This document shows positions 9,557-17,850 of a stretch of 64,000 bases of DNA, piece after piece. The notes beneath the pieces are model-generated. The model saw only the letters and a program-made list of their open reading frames with translations, was not told where the DNA came from and did not search any database. Every line of letters starts with the position of its first letter. Position 1 is the first letter of the stretch. The position numbers and the translations under genes are program-made. This stretch comes from Verrucomicrobiota bacterium (lineage in GTDB: Bacteria; Verrucomicrobiota; Lentisphaeria; JABSQK01; JAJFLO01), in contig JAJFLO010000040.1 of assembly GCA_021772675.1 (NCBI GenBank), positions 5,083 through 69,082 of the forward strand. The letters run 5' to 3'.

Positions 9557-10435
9557 ATGAAGAAAAAACTATTGATTACCGGAGTAAGTGGATTTTTAGG
9601 CTGGAATTTAACTCAGCAAGCTTGTGAAAATTGGGATGTTTTCGGAATTGCATATTCTCATCCTGTTGACATTTCGAATGTTAATGTCAATAGAATAAAT
9701 CTTACCGAGTACGGTGCGTTAAAAGATTCTTTTTCTCAAATCAAACCGGATGCAGTCATTCATGCTGCTGCTATGACAGATCCCAATGAATGTCAGAACT
9801 ATCCATCATTGTCCCGAAAAATTAATGTTGATGTTTCAGTAAATATAGCTGGTCTATGTTCAGATTTGGGAATTCCATGCGTGTTCACATCAACCGATTT
9901 AGTATTTAATGGTTTGCATGCTCCATATCATGAAGATTCAGAAGTATCACCAGTCAGTTTATATGGCGAGCAAAAAGCGATAGCAGAGGAGGAAATGATA
10001 AACCGTTATCCGAATATGACAGTCTGTCGTATGCCATTGATGTTTGGAGATCCTGGTCCGGTGGCGACTAGTTTTATTCAACCTATGATCAATGACTTAA
10101 GCAAAGGGAAATCACTCAATTTATTTGTCGATGAAATCAGAACACCAGTCAGCGGGCATGCCGCAGCGAAAGGTCTTTTGTTGATGTTAGACTGTTTTAC
10201 TGGGCTCATACACTTAGGAGGTAATGAACGAATTTCACGTTATGATTTTGGCATGTTACTCTGTTCAGCGTTTGACCTGGATAAGGCCAGGCTCAATCCC
10301 TGTAAGCAATCGGATATGCAAATGGTCGCTCCTCGCCCACCGGATGTGTCACTAACCAGCGACAAGGCATTTGCCTTGGGGTATCAACCGCTTGCTTTGG
10401 CGGAGGAATTGGAAAAATTGTTTTTGAATGGATAA
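9557..10435 (+). CDS. SDR-family NAD(P)-dependent oxidoreductase, RmlD (dTDP-4-dehydrorhamnose reductase)-like
   Basis: Rossmann motif ITGVSGFLG at the N-terminus, catalytic YxxxK as YGEQK, and a length of 292 aa typical of the RmlD-like subfamily. Confidence 0.75.
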   Translation: MKKKLLITGVSGFLGWNLTQQACENWDVFGIAYSHPVDISNVNVNRINLTEYGALKDSFSQIKPDAVIHAAAMTDPNECQNYPSLSRKINVDVSVNIAGLCSDLGIPCVFTSTDLVFNGLHAPYHEDSEVSPVSLYGEQKAIAEEEMINRYPNMTVCRMPLMFGDPGPVATSFIQPMINDLSKGKSLNLFVDEIRTPVSGHAAAKGLLLMLDCFTGLIHLGGNERISRYDFGMLLCSAFDLDKARLNPCKQSDMQMVAPRPPDVSLTSDKAFALGYQPLALAEELEKLFLNG

Positions 10436-10504
10436 GTTCTATTTTCGACAATTTTGAATTTTATAGCATTATTAGCTCTTAACGTTTATTGAAAAGGATG
10501 GAGT

Positions 10505-11626
10505 ATGAGCGATCAGAAGATCTCACGAAAAAGTTATTTGTCACAAAATCTGGGCGACTATCCGGAATTAGCCTCGGTATTCGGAAATGATTATCAAAAG
10601 GTTGACGATTTAAGGTATGGTACTAACCCCCACCAGACGGCGGCCTACTACAAACCCGTTGGAGTGTCGACGCCCATTGGCGATTTAGAAATATTGAAAA
10701 CAGGTAAAAGTGGTTTATCTCAGACCAATTTGGAAGATGTATCTTATTCATTGAACATTTGTAAAAACTTTGATCGCCCAGCCTGTGCATGTATGAAGCA
10801 CGTTAACCCGAGTGGGGCCGCCGTTGCTGTCGAATCCTGTTCAGTGAAAGACGTTTATATCAAAGCAAGAGATTGTGATCCAAGGGCCGCATTTGGCTGT
10901 GTTGCAGGATTCAATGTTGAAGTTGATGAGGAAACCGCTGTTGAAATCATGTCGAGTTTTGTTGAATGCGTTGTTGCACCTTCAGTTACCGCTGCGGCAT
11001 TGACCGTATTTAATGATCATGAGCGATTTAAACTCAATCGGCATATTAGAATCATCAAGTGTGGTGACCTGACGTTGTTACCTAAGACAGTTATAGATTC
11101 AAAAGAGGTTATTCGGACGATTAAGGTGCTTGCTGACGGTTCACTGATTATTGCTGATCCATTATTGTCGCATATGGGGTCTGCTGCCGATGTAAAAAAG
11201 GCTTCAGCGGAAAACAAAGCACTGGGTCATATCGAGTCAACCGTTAGTACATCTGAACAGCAGTTGGAGGATTTATTAACGGCATGGTTTATAAACATGA
11301 ACGTTCGTTCAAATGGTGTCGTCATTGTCAAAAATGGTGTTGCTATCGCCGTGGGGACTGGTGAACAGGATCGGGTCGGCGCTGTCGAACAGGCCGTATG
11401 GAAGTATGAAAATAAATATGAAGGCAGGGAGATTATCACTGATGCGGTCATGGCCAGCGATGGATTTTTCCCGTTTTATGATGCTGTTGAAACAGCGGCA
11501 AAGGCGGGTGTCACCGCGATAATATCTCCGGCAGGGTCTGTGAAAGATGCTGATGTAATCAAACGCGCTAACGAAATCGGGGTCGCTATGTTTCACGCCC
11601 CTGAGCGTATTTTTTCCCACCATTAA
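10505..11626 (+). CDS. AICAR formyltransferase-like protein (PurH C-terminal domain only)
   Basis: LRYGTNPHQ motif near the N-terminus and MASDGFFPF...ISPAGSVKD...ERIFSHH at the C-terminus match the PurH AICARFT domain. No N-terminal MGS/IMP-cyclohydrolase domain is present (373 aa). Confidence 0.8.
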   Translation: MSDQKISRKSYLSQNLGDYPELASVFGNDYQKVDDLRYGTNPHQTAAYYKPVGVSTPIGDLEILKTGKSGLSQTNLEDVSYSLNICKNFDRPACACMKHVNPSGAAVAVESCSVKDVYIKARDCDPRAAFGCVAGFNVEVDEETAVEIMSSFVECVVAPSVTAAALTVFNDHERFKLNRHIRIIKCGDLTLLPKTVIDSKEVIRTIKVLADGSLIIADPLLSHMGSAADVKKASAENKALGHIESTVSTSEQQLEDLLTAWFINMNVRSNGVVIVKNGVAIAVGTGEQDRVGAVEQAVWKYENKYEGREIITDAVMASDGFFPFYDAVETAAKAGVTAIISPAGSVKDADVIKRANEIGVAMFHAPERIFSHH

Positions 11627-11684
11627 ACTACAAGTATAAGTGTTGTATAAAGACGATCATAAAAATTATTTGCACGTATTAAAT

Positions 11685-11776
11685 ATACCGACAGCCATCA
11701 GGTTTTCGACAGGTTTCTGTAAAATTGTTGCCTGAAATGAATAACGACTGTCGAAAAACCTACTGCTTGCAGTATA
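11685..11776. repeat. family B structured repeat
   Basis: Near-identical to 1913-2004 and to the reverse complement of 33967-34058. Confidence 0.6.
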
Positions 11777-11908
11777 TATGTGAATTAAACGTAATCTGTA
11801 GATCCACCGAGAGAAAAAGACTTAAACGATATCGCAGAGCTGAAACGAATAAAAAATCAGAAATCATGAATCCTCCCACAAAAAAGCACAGTCGATCAGA
11901 TATTATTA

Positions 11909-12310
11909 ACTCACATTTTAGGAGGTTTCATTTTTGATTTGTTAAAGTAACTCGGCCATTCCTGGCTGAGATGCCTTGTGATTTGCGCAGTCAGGGAGCA
12001 ATTATGGGTGAACGTTTCTCTGGCATTAAATTTGATAAAATCACATAACAATTCGTATAATTCTGGGCCTCCTGGGGTAATGCAATCTATATGTCGAAGC
12101 GCTTGTTGGAGTTCACTGCTTCAGCTGTGGCTTTTCACTTAGCTATGCACAACTGAAGTTGTGAACTCCAACAGACATATTGCCATGTCAGAGCGCTTCT
12201 CAGAGTTCACCCATAATTGCTGGCAGTCAGGAATGACTGCGTTACTCAGTTTTGATTGCAAGTTAACCATATTTGAATAACAAATTAAAAATGAAACCCA
12301 AAATGTGAGT
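11909..12310. repeat. family A composite MITE carrying a nested family C element (11998-12220)
   Basis: Same outer inverted repeats and REP arms as 7614-7776. The REPIN loop is interrupted by a 223-bp element with termini GCAATTATGGGTGAA / TTCACCCATAATTGC, flanked on both sides by GCAGTCAGG. Confidence 0.65.
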
Positions 12311-12509
12311 ATTAAGAAACATTTCTCAATGTTCTGAGGAATCTTTTGATGGGCACACAGAATTTCAGAATCTCTCAGCAAAAGAAAAATTGATGTGGTT
12401 GTCAAACACTACTTATTTCGTATATAAAACTGCGAAACATAATCCAAAAATTGACTGAAATTCATTCTTTAATAAAGTTTAGTTTGAATAAGGGTGTTAT
12501 CTATTCAAG

Positions 12510-13112
12510 TTAAAACCGATCCGTAATTACTACTTCATCCAGAGGTAATTGACCCGGTTTTTCCCAAGCATCTTTCGTTCCTTTACCAATTGCCACAAAC
12601 ATAGCGATGACGTGATCATCTGGTAAATTGATCAGTTTACCCACCGCATCAAAATCAAATCCGTCCATAGGGCAGGAGTCATATCCCATGGCTTTTGCCG
12701 CCAGCATCAGTGTCTGAGCAACGATGCCGCATGATCGCATCGCTTCATCACGTTGAACCTGGTCTTTACCCCGATAATATTGATCAATAGCCGGAATCAT
12801 AAATTCCTGTACTTCTTTTGGTGCAGTCCGCCAATAACGCTTTGGTTCCTTTTTCCATGAATTCAAATCCGCACAGAGAATGATGAACAGTGATGCATCT
12901 GTAACCTGCGCCTGATCCCATGAAACACTGCGAATATCCTCACGTAGTTTTTTGTCTTTTGGAATTACAAACCGCCAGTTTTGAATATTAAACGCTGTGG
13001 GTGATAGCAGTGCCAGAGACAAAAGTTTTTCTTGTTCCTCATCCGTCATTATATGATTCGGATCGTAATGTTTAACTGCTCGTCGTTGCTCGATTGCTTC
13101 AATTGTATTCAT
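12510..13112 (-). CDS. nitroreductase family protein
   Basis: MNTIEAIEQRRAVKHY...LSPTAFNIQNWRF is a typical NAD(P)H nitroreductase N-terminus. The start was chosen at the ATG behind AAGGAAAAATC. The ORF track starts 30 nt upstream at 13142. Confidence 0.85.
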   Translation of the reverse strand: MNTIEAIEQRRAVKHYDPNHIMTDEEQEKLLSLALLSPTAFNIQNWRFVIPKDKKLREDIRSVSWDQAQVTDASLFIILCADLNSWKKEPKRYWRTAPKEVQEFMIPAIDQYYRGKDQVQRDEAMRSCGIVAQTLMLAAKAMGYDSCPMDGFDFDAVGKLINLPDDHVIAMFVAIGKGTKDAWEKPGQLPLDEVVITDRF

Positions 13113-13134
13113 GATTTTTCCTTTTTTAAGTGGC

Positions 13135-13740
13135 GCGGACATTCCTGTCTGCGTATTTTAATTTTTTTTTCTATAATGCCCTAATTTTCTCAGCCAGGAA
13201 TGACCGAGTTACTTAGTGGTGCGTACATTCCTTTCTGCGTATTTTTTAATTTTTTCTGCTATAGAGCCTTAATTTTCTCAGCCAGGAATGACCGAGTTAT
13301 TTAGTAGCGCGTACATTCCTTTCTGCGTATTTTTTAATTTTTTTTCTATAGAGCCCTAATTTTCTCAGTCAGGAATGACCGAGTTACTTAGTAGCGCGTA
13401 CATTCCTTTCTGCGTATTTTTTAATTTTTCTTGCTATAGAGCCCTAATTTTCTCAGCCAGGAATGACCGAGTTACTTAGTAGCGCAGACATTCCTTTCTG
13501 CGTATTTTTTAATTTTTCCTGCTATAGAGCCCTAATTTTCTCAGTTAGGAATGACCGAGTTACTTAGTAGCGCGTACATTCCTTTCTGCGTATTTTTTAA
13601 TTTTTTCTGCTATAGAGCCCTAATTTTCTCAGCCAGGAATGACCGAGTTACTTAGTAGCGCGTACATTCCTTTCTGCGTATTTTTTAATTTTTTCTGCTA
13701 TAGAGCCTTAATTTTCTCAGCCAGGAATGACCGAGTTACC
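13135..13740. repeat. tandem array of 7 REP-containing units, period 87-88 bp
   Basis: CTCAG(C/T)CAGGAATGACCGAGTTA recurs at 13189, 13277, 13364, 13452, 13540, 13628 and 13716. The DNA between recurrences is also conserved, so there are no unique spacers. Confidence 0.85.
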
Positions 13741-14340
13741 TTCCCTTAACCATCGCCAGTCATCGGGGTTCTTTACCAATCCCGCCTTAACCGGATTATT
13801 CCGAATATAACGTTTTACACTTTCTGTTTTATCTGCACTTCTACACCAATGATCGAAGTTTTCAGGCATCCAAAATTGACCTTTACGATTCAGTATTTTA
13901 TTTGCTTCTCTTGCAGTAAAACCCTTCATAATACCGATGCTTCTCTCAAGTGATTTAGTCGCTAATTCACTATCAACTAACAAAATGTGAACATGATTAG
14001 GCATAATGACTGCCGCAGGTATACGCCAGTGACATTCCGTTTCCAACCAGTCAAAAGATTCCAATACTATCTGAGCAATTTCCGGTATTCTTAAATATGT
14101 TGGAGAATTTTTTGCACTATCCAGAATTGTTTCTACTGTTTTGAACCTTTTTCGTTGAAATATAAGTATTTCTTCCTGATTGGGATCACTGTCAAGAAAA
14201 TTTTGGTAATCCCGTTTTAATCTGTTTACGATTGATTCGGGTAGTGACCCTTTAAGTCTAAACGTCACGAAATAAGGTTTGCTTTTGACATGCCAATGTG
14301 GCAGATTCCGTCTTCGAAATGATGTTGTGTTTGGTGTCAT
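13717..14340 (-). CDS. REP-associated tyrosine transposase (RAYT; IS200/IS605-like Y1 transposase family)
   Basis: RRNLPHWHV..YFVTFRL near the N-terminus and the HUH motif MPNHVHILLV. The gene is flanked on both sides by REP units, and its last 7 codons (GNSVIPG) and stop lie inside a REP copy. Confidence 0.8.
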   Translation of the reverse strand: MTPNTTSFRRRNLPHWHVKSKPYFVTFRLKGSLPESIVNRLKRDYQNFLDSDPNQEEILIFQRKRFKTVETILDSAKNSPTYLRIPEIAQIVLESFDWLETECHWRIPAAVIMPNHVHILLVDSELATKSLERSIGIMKGFTAREANKILNRKGQFWMPENFDHWCRSADKTESVKRYIRNNPVKAGLVKNPDDWRWLREGNSVIPG

Positions 14341-14415
14341 AAGATTTTATTTAGTCGTGCGGGCAGTCCTGTCTGTGTAAAATTTTGTATGTTTGCTGTG
14401 CTGCCATGATTTCAT

Positions 14416-14530
14416 CTCAGCCAGGAATGACCGAGTTACTTAGTGGCGCGTACATTCTTGTCTGCGTATTTTTTTTAATTTTTCCTGCTATAATGCCCTA
14501 ATTTTCTCAGCCAGGAATGACTGAGTTACC
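14416..14530. repeat. two further REP units (period 90 bp) on the other side of the RAYT gene
   Basis: CTCAGCCAGGAATGAC(C/T)GAGTTAC at 14416 and 14506, in the same orientation as the 13135-13740 array. Confidence 0.75.
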
Positions 14531-14597
14531 CAAAATAATTTTTCCGCGCTTCGCGCAAAGAATTAAGGGTAAAAAACTAAAAGAATAAAGGGTAAAA

Positions 14598-17500
14598 CTA
14601 AACGTCTCGCAAAACAACCCGACAACCGTAGCTGTCCCACCGGCCGCCCGGGGCGTCGTCGATGCGGGCAGAGCAGGAGCAGGAGTCTGGATCGCGGTAC
14701 CAGGCGCCGCCCCGCAAAACACGGAACCTACCATCATCAGGACCTTCGGGGTCTTTCTTTGTTGAGTCCTTATAATAATCACTTTTATACCAGTCCCTGC
14801 ACCACTCCCAGACATTACCGGCTAGATCATAAATTCCCTCCGGTGTTTGTCCAGAGGGGTAACTGCCCACCGCTGATGGTTTGCCCAAATTAGATTTAGA
14901 GTAGTTCGCATATTTTTCTGAAATATCATCATTTCTCCACGGGTAAAGCGCATCGGAACGGCCGCGAGCCGCATATTCCCATTCAGCCTCTGTCGGCAGT
15001 TGGACGATCGTTTTTTGCGGTAGGTCTGATTCGCTTTGCAGGTGCCCAGTCAGCCAACTGCAGAAGGCTTCAGCTTCATACCATGAAACTCCAATAACAG
15101 GTTGATTAGGACTACTAAATTCTTCGTTGTCCCAATATTCAGGTTGGACCCATTTATTTGATTGACGCTGCTTCCAGCCTGCTTCGCTCCACCATTTTCT
15201 GTCATCATATCCTTTGGTATCGATAAACATTTTATATTGGCCGTTGGTAATCGGGTACCGGCTCATTTTAAATGGAGTTAATTCAACATCATGTTTAGCC
15301 TTTTCTCTTCCCATTGTAAAGCAGCCACCCGGAAGGTCAACCCACATTTCAATATCAAAATCACAGACTCCGGAGCGTTGATCGCCTGACCAGCCAAGAA
15401 TCAAACCAGCGTCAACGCGCTCATGTGCAGCGAGTTTCTCTTCACTCAGTAATGTTGTCAAGCGGCTGTTGAGCCGTGTCAAAAACTGAGGACCGCCTCC
15501 CTGTTTATCATTCTCAATCGGTCCCCGCTTGATGATGCGTGCAAAGTGTCCCGCCCACAAAACACCGCGCCAGTCATCTTCACGTTTCGGCTCGGGAATG
15601 CCGGGGCACAGGCTGTACGTTAAATCCAATGCCGGGTTTTCATTGCCGTCATTAAAGAGCAGTTCTTCCATTCCGAGTTCTACGCTAAGACGCCAGTATT
15701 CACCTTCCGCGAGTAATTCTTTGACCGTACGATTAAAACTTCGTGTTCGCTTTGCCAGATAGCAACCGGCAAAATACTCCTGGAATGTCCGGTGGGGAAA
15801 GGCATAAACACGCTCGACATCCTGACCACGACCGCTCAATAACCCGGAGGTCGTATCGATATAATCCAGCAGTTTCATTGCTGCTTTTTTTGAGTCGGTA
15901 ACAACACCGGATAAATTTTTTGTAAAACTGCTCATTGCCATTGCCCAGGGAATATCCGGCATTTGCTCTCCATCGCGACCGGCTTTTTGTGCCAGATAGC
16001 CCAGTTCCCATAATGCAAAGAGCATCCGTGTCTCATCCGATAATCCGACATCGTCAAATAATGAAACCTTTTGACCTATTCTAACTTCCTGCCATCGTTT
16101 CATCATCAGCATTGCCGCCTGGTCATAAAGTTTCACTCGTTGACGCGGCAGTTCGACATTGGTCGTATGAACACCGGCCAGGGTGGTCAGTAATAAGGGA
16201 TTACTGACCATATCCTCTGGTAGTCTGCCAACAGCCTGTTGCAGATTATCTGTTTTTGTCTGTGCCCAATCTGCGGGTTTGCCAAGTCGGTGCAGCGCCT
16301 GATACCAGTACGTGATAAAATTATTGATCTGTTTGTTGCTGAATGGGGCCAGGGTGATCGTTTGATACGTTGCTATGACGGTATCCTTAACATAAGAAAG
16401 TATACGGCATGTCACAATTATTCGATTACCCTTGGAGCCGACGGCGAGAATTCCCAATACCTCACGTAACAGGAATTGGTCGTCCTTTGGCACTTCATCT
16501 AAACCATCGAACACCAGCAGGCATCGGTCATCTTCCAGCAGACGAACGAGTTCACTGCTGAAACCGGATAGGCCATCAGCGTCTAATTTTTTCTGAAGAT
16601 GCTTTTTAATGATGCGCATAAACTGGCATAAACGCTGTTCCTGAGTTGATTTTATATATTGCTGCGAATTCTCTTCCTGTAGTGTTACCAGTAATTCTCG
16701 CAGGACGACGCGGATTGGGAAATAATGGCGATGGGGCCAGTCTTTTAATGATACAGATTCGGGGTTAAGTTGACGTTCAGCCAATTGCCAGAGAAGGTGA
16801 TTGATAAATGAGGTTTTGCCGGATCCCGGATCACCCAGAATAACCAGCAGCGGTTCATTCGCTGCCGCTTCTAACGCTGTGAGTGGTCGGACTTTGTCAT
16901 CTCCGAAATGAAAACGATCCTCGTTTACCTTGGCAGGCTTACCTTGTTTATCAACGAATGTCGTCGTATTTAATCCGATATAAATCTGGTCCAGAGTAAG
17001 GCGGAGATTCGCCTGTGGGTCGCCGCTTTTTGCTATATCAGCCAGAGGTAGAAGATTGCACACTGTCGATAAATTCTTAAAATAACGTTGGCGCAAAACC
17101 TCGATCGGGACCGAAGGCTCTTGTGGTTCTGTTGGTATCAGAGTTTCCGATGATGCTTCAGGAATATAATCTCCCTGAATATAACCGATGTGATTATGGC
17201 CGTGTTTGTCCTCGATCTTCAGGCGGTTCCATTTCAGCTCCGTTAAATGAGAAAAATCCGTTGACTGCTTTAATTCATCATCAAGTGTGTGGCGAAAAAG
17301 CATGGTTGTAAAGAGCGCGGACGGCTCTCCGGATGCAGTCTGGAATTTTTTGAATTCCCCTTCGCTCATCAACCGTTCGGCATCGGCCATCACCGAACCG
17401 TAGTATTGATCACCCACCAGTTCCACATTACCGTAAGCCAATACCAGGCGCAGTGACAGTGGCAGATCGCCGCCTTTTATCCCTTCATTGTATTCGACCA

Positions 17501-17780
17501 GGTCATGACGTAGTTTCTGTGTATACTCCAGCGCCACATCCGTTGAGATTCCCTTTAAGAAAATATAATATCCGTCTCCTGTTCCATGACGTTCAAAAAG
17601 TTGCGAAAACGGCATTATCGGGCTGATAAATTTTCCGGCCTGATCCATTGATTCCCCGAGTTGTTTCAGGATAATTTTACGGTGAACGTCGTCCTTGTAG
17701 AGACTAGTAAAGCCGACGATATCGACCAGCAGAATGGGAAACATTTTATTAGTAGTCATTGATTTGGTGGTGGCTGACAT
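14598..17780 (-). CDS. DGR target protein 1: cyclase-homology-like N-domain, NACHT NTPase, FGE-type C-type-lectin domain with C-terminal VR
   Basis: 1060 aa. The N-terminus carries FPILLVDIVGFTS, GTGDGYYIFL and GSVMADAERL. NACHT Walker A is LGDPGSGKTSF and Walker B is LLVFDGLDEV. The C-terminus carries FGE-sulfatase-type motifs: [42 protein letters not shown]. The last 116 nt match the TR. Confidence 0.9.
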   Translation of the reverse strand: MSATTKSMTTNKMFPILLVDIVGFTSLYKDDVHRKIILKQLGESMDQAGKFISPIMPFSQLFERHGTGDGYYIFLKGISTDVALEYTQKLRHDLVEYNEGIKGGDLPLSLRLVLAYGNVELVGDQYYGSVMADAERLMSEGEFKKFQTASGEPSALFTTMLFRHTLDDELKQSTDFSHLTELKWNRLKIEDKHGHNHIGYIQGDYIPEASSETLIPTEPQEPSVPIEVLRQRYFKNLSTVCNLLPLADIAKSGDPQANLRLTLDQIYIGLNTTTFVDKQGKPAKVNEDRFHFGDDKVRPLTALEAAANEPLLVILGDPGSGKTSFINHLLWQLAERQLNPESVSLKDWPHRHYFPIRVVLRELLVTLQEENSQQYIKSTQEQRLCQFMRIIKKHLQKKLDADGLSGFSSELVRLLEDDRCLLVFDGLDEVPKDDQFLLREVLGILAVGSKGNRIIVTCRILSYVKDTVIATYQTITLAPFSNKQINNFITYWYQALHRLGKPADWAQTKTDNLQQAVGRLPEDMVSNPLLLTTLAGVHTTNVELPRQRVKLYDQAAMLMMKRWQEVRIGQKVSLFDDVGLSDETRMLFALWELGYLAQKAGRDGEQMPDIPWAMAMSSFTKNLSGVVTDSKKAAMKLLDYIDTTSGLLSGRGQDVERVYAFPHRTFQEYFAGCYLAKRTRSFNRTVKELLAEGEYWRLSVELGMEELLFNDGNENPALDLTYSLCPGIPEPKREDDWRGVLWAGHFARIIKRGPIENDKQGGGPQFLTRLNSRLTTLLSEEKLAAHERVDAGLILGWSGDQRSGVCDFDIEMWVDLPGGCFTMGREKAKHDVELTPFKMSRYPITNGQYKMFIDTKGYDDRKWWSEAGWKQRQSNKWVQPEYWDNEEFSSPNQPVIGVSWYEAEAFCSWLTGHLQSESDLPQKTIVQLPTEAEWEYAARGRSDALYPWRNDDISEKYANYSKSNLGKPSAVGSYPSGQTPEGIYDLAGNVWEWCRDWYKSDYYKDSTKKDPEGPDDGRFRVLRGGAWYRDPDSCSCSARIDDAPGGRWDSYGCRVVLRDV
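14607..14722 (-). other. DGR variable region VR1
   Basis: 116-nt alignment to TR 18897-19012. By hand count, 19 of the 20 differences fall on TR coding-strand adenines. Confidence 0.9.
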
Positions 17781-17850
17781 TATTTAGTATCTATTCTCCA
17801 GGGAAATATTTAACGTTCAACCTTTCTGTTAAGAGAACGCATATTTTTTC

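Noticed and set aside
12139-12405. 88-aa ORF on the minus strand
   Set aside because: It lies almost entirely within the family A/C nested repeat element and has no motif or RBS support. It is a probable artefact.
13135-13740. Regularly spaced ~24-nt conserved motif every 88 bp, which at first glance looks like a CRISPR array
   Set aside because: The DNA between the motif copies is itself conserved from unit to unit, so there are no unique spacers. The motif is the same REP found dispersed as inverted doublets across the window. No cas genes are present and a RAYT gene is embedded. It is a tandem REP array.
14544-14556. GC hairpin downstream of each target gene as a Rho-independent terminator
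   Set aside because: On the coding (minus) strand the hairpin is followed by an A-run, not a U-run, and the stem is only 4-5 bp. It is treated instead as a candidate DGR-associated structure.
14507-14815. ORF-track entries overlapping VR/TR regions: 14507-14815, 18670-19014, 18785-19102, 20385-20930, 20416-20688, 30654-30911 and 30781-30981
   Set aside because: They are alternative-frame or antisense readings of the VR/TR repeat (recurrent [16 protein letters not shown] text), with tails derived from REPs. They overlap much longer, motif-supported genes.
14598-15350. FGE-sulfatase domains as genuine formylglycine-generating (sulfatase-maturating) enzymes
   Set aside because: The domains are C-terminal modules of NACHT proteins and carry the DGR variable region. 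No sulfatase genes are nearby. FGE-type C-type-lectin folds are an established DGR ligand-binding scaffold, so an enzymatic FGE role is unlikely.
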